From IMG/VR virus record IMGVR_UViG_3300035524_000014: a stretch of 64,000 bases of DNA. The stretch is one strand, 5' to 3'. This stretch comes from a virus. The notes beneath the pieces are model-generated. The model made no database searches and was not told the DNA's origin. It was given only the letters and a program-made list of their open reading frames with translations. The position numbers were made by a program, and so were the translations under genes. This document shows positions 62,513 to 64,000 of the stretch, piece after piece (the first letter of the stretch is position 1; each line of letters opens with the position of its first letter).

Positions 62513-63688
62513 TTATTTGTTATGACCGATAAGACCAAGCATCTCATTGGCGAGAGCTTCAGCAGCATCGTCATTAAATTCATTTTCAGAAACGGGCTTC
62601 TTGGAGAAAGAACCAGAACCCTGAATCTTTTCCTCTTCCTTGGTTTCGGCCCAAAATTCGATTTCCTTGTCAACAGCGGCAACAAAGGAATCCTTGTCAA
62701 AACCGTCTTCACCAACGAACTTTTCAGCAGAAACAAAAGCCTTGACCTTTTCATGGAGGCGTTCGGGAATTTCAGCTTCCTTCAGCTTTTCTCCCCAAAC
62801 CTTCTCAGCAAATTCCTTACGGGAATTTTCTTCAAAAATCAGTTTTTCTTTTTCGTACTCTTTCACCTTTGCTTCAAGTTCTTCAACCTTTTCAGCAAAT
62901 TCCTTTTCCTTTTCGTCGTATTCCTTAATAAGTTCCTTCTTCTCAGATTCAAACTTATTCTGCGCATCTTCAAGAACAAGCTCAGTAAATTTCTTTGCTT
63001 CTTCTGGATGCTCCTTGCGGAAAGTGAGATAATCCATAGTTTTCTCCGTATTGTGATTTTGATTTTCATTTTTATTCGGGGATGAAATAAAAATAGAAGC
63101 ATCTAGCTCCACCATTTCCCCTTTATCCTCTGTAAATACAAGTGAAGAAGTATTTCCATCTGCACCGAACAGGCACACAGAACACTCTATCAGTTCTGTT
63201 TCGCGCCAAATATGCCCGGGGCCGACAAATTCATATCCATTGACTTCAGTGGTAGCCCCTTCTTCAATATACTCGATACGAGTAGGATTACCACGAATAG
63301 AAGCCTGAAAAGGAACGCCCTTACGAGAGTATTCCTTAAATTGAGTTACGCGTTCGTTATCTACAAAAGTAACTTCGTCTTGTGTAAATACAAGTCCCTC
63401 ATCTGTAATCTTAGGTGTAGTGGAATAACCAAGAAGATTATCCATATCTCTATCATCATGTGCCCAAAGAATCGGAAACTTCTCTTTATTGAACTTGAAA
63501 CCATCTAAATCAAATGCAAGGTTTCCCCAAAGCCAATGTTGAGGAATAATCTTACCGCTATACCCTACCATCTTGAAGTTATCTGTCGTGGACTCTTCGC
63601 CTTCATTAACAGAGAAAGAGCAGTGTGCATCTTTCTCTGTAATCAGGTTTAGTGCCCCTTTAGGGACTTCCTTAAATTTATCTGGCAT
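62513..63688 (-). CDS. Prohead protease (HK97/U35-like) fused to a KE-rich scaffold-like C-terminus
   Basis: KFPILWAHDDRDMDNLLGYS and CLFGADGNTS motifs, then about 150 aa of Lys/Glu coiled coil. AAGGAA lies before ATG 63688; the ORF-track GTG 63721 is too close to the promoter. Confidence 0.65.
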   Translation of the reverse strand: MPDKFKEVPKGALNLITEKDAHCSFSVNEGEESTTDNFKMVGYSGKIIPQHWLWGNLAFDLDGFKFNKEKFPILWAHDDRDMDNLLGYSTTPKITDEGLVFTQDEVTFVDNERVTQFKEYSRKGVPFQASIRGNPTRIEYIEEGATTEVNGYEFVGPGHIWRETELIECSVCLFGADGNTSSLVFTEDKGEMVELDASIFISSPNKNENQNHNTEKTMDYLTFRKEHPEEAKKFTELVLEDAQNKFESEKKELIKEYDEKEKEFAEKVEELEAKVKEYEKEKLIFEENSRKEFAEKVWGEKLKEAEIPERLHEKVKAFVSAEKFVGEDGFDKDSFVAAVDKEIEFWAETKEEEKIQGSGSFSKKPVSENEFNDDAAEALANEMLGLIGHNK

Positions 63689-63739
63689 ATTGTTTTCCTT
63701 ATTAAATTGGGAATTTTTCACGAATAAATGATATAGCGT

Positions 63740-63768
63740 ATTATATCAAAATATTATGTGTTTGTCAA
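63740..63768 (-). promoter_or_regulatory. Consensus extended -10 promoter for the head operon
   Basis: Reverse strand reads CTTGACAAA (TTGACA 63763-63768), 17 nt ending TTTTGA, then TATAAT (63740-63745). Confidence 0.75.
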
Positions 63769-63800
63769 GTCTTTTTATAACTTTTTTTATTTTTTATCTA

Positions 63801-63923
63801 TTATTTTTTTTCCTTACCTCTAGTGCCTCTTTTATAATCATAAAACTCATCCCACGTCTTAAATTCACCGCACACGGTGCAAGTTCGTCCTTCGTCGTTT
63901 ACTATACCTTTAATTTTTCCCAC
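63801..63923 (-). pseudogene. 40-codon remnant of the HNH endonuclease family (N-terminal zinc ribbon only)
   Basis: VGKIKGIVNDEGRTCTVCGEFKTWDEFYDYKRGTRGKEKK* aligns with the first roughly 40 aa of 25797..26840 and 59460..60482. GTG start, no RBS. Confidence 0.6.
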
Positions 63924-63925
63924 GG

Positions 63926-64000
63926 TTACTGCTCGTTCTCTTGCGTCGTAACTGAGTTCTCGACTTCCTCTTGCTCCTGAACAGATTCTTCGTCTACGCC
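63926..64000 (-). CDS. C-terminal 24 codons of an upstream late gene (possibly portal), truncated by the window edge
   Basis: The reverse frame reads GVDEESVQEQEEVENSVTTQENEQ* with TAA at 63926-63928. The portal identity is inferred from gene order only. Confidence 0.4.
   Translation of the reverse strand, partial: GVDEESVQEQEEVENSVTTQENEQ

Noticed and set aside
1-64000. Stop-codon reassignment or suppressor decoding, prompted by the in-frame TAA at 1877 and the in-frame TAG at 34088, plus phage tRNAs.
   Set aside because: The two internal stops are different codons. TAA, TAG and TGA all terminate well-supported genes: TGA at 7379 and 40240, TAG at 8759 and 55062, and many TAA. None of the three tRNAs has a CUA, UUA or UCA anticodon in a canonical loop reading.

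Overview
This window looks like one contiguous piece of a tailed dsDNA phage genome. It is AT-rich, densely coded, and has no rRNA or CRISPR array. All calls come from reading the sequence and recognising motifs. No similarity search was run.

Layout:
- 1-9.1 kb, minus strand: three paralogous leucine-rich-repeat-like genes, one of them carrying a nonsense codon. They bracket a three-tRNA cluster, an array of near-consensus TTGACA-N17-TAnAAT promoters driving tiny genes, a DnaG/T7-type primase, an NPPY DNA methyltransferase, an SNF2 helicase and a receiver-like (cREC-type) protein.
- 9.2-40.9 kb, plus strand: early, replication and nucleotide-metabolism module.
  - Replication: DnaB-like helicase, clamp loader, UDG-like::family A DNA polymerase fusion, gp32-like SSB.
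  - Recombination and repair: RecA/UvsX-like recombinase, RuvC-like resolvase, a T4-ligase-like protein without the catalytic lysine, a Rad50/SbcC-like ATPase split around two Mre11-like phosphoesterases.
  - Nucleotide metabolism: dCMP deaminase, P-loop kinase, dUTPase, NrdD/NrdG with a detached glycyl-radical peptide, a ThyX-like protein.
- 40.9-64 kb, minus strand: a PAS-domain protein, then a lysis cassette (holin, overlapping i/o-spanins, M15 endolysin). Next comes a lambda-like tail module: fibre plus assembly chaperone, I::J fusion, K, L, M, tape measure, and G/GT with a -1 frameshift site. It is followed by major tail, head-tail connectors, major capsid, decoration and protease-scaffold genes, and the last 25 codons of an upstream gene.

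Four HNH endonuclease-type ORFs are scattered through the window, one of them a 40-aa remnant.

Inferences about the host:
- Spanins suggest a diderm host.
- NrdDG suggests an anaerobic or facultative lifestyle.
- Strong AAGGAG ribosome-binding sites and sigma70-like promoters fit a low-GC host.

Composition is strikingly mosaic. The Lar-like island, the fibre C-terminus plus Tfa, the capsid and the major tail genes are much more G+C-rich than the backbone.

The items I consider most worth following up:
- the split NrdD
- the LRR gene triplication
- the PAS protein next to the lysis genes
- the split Rad50
- the ligase-like protein missing its catalytic residues
- the atypical 93-nt tRNA
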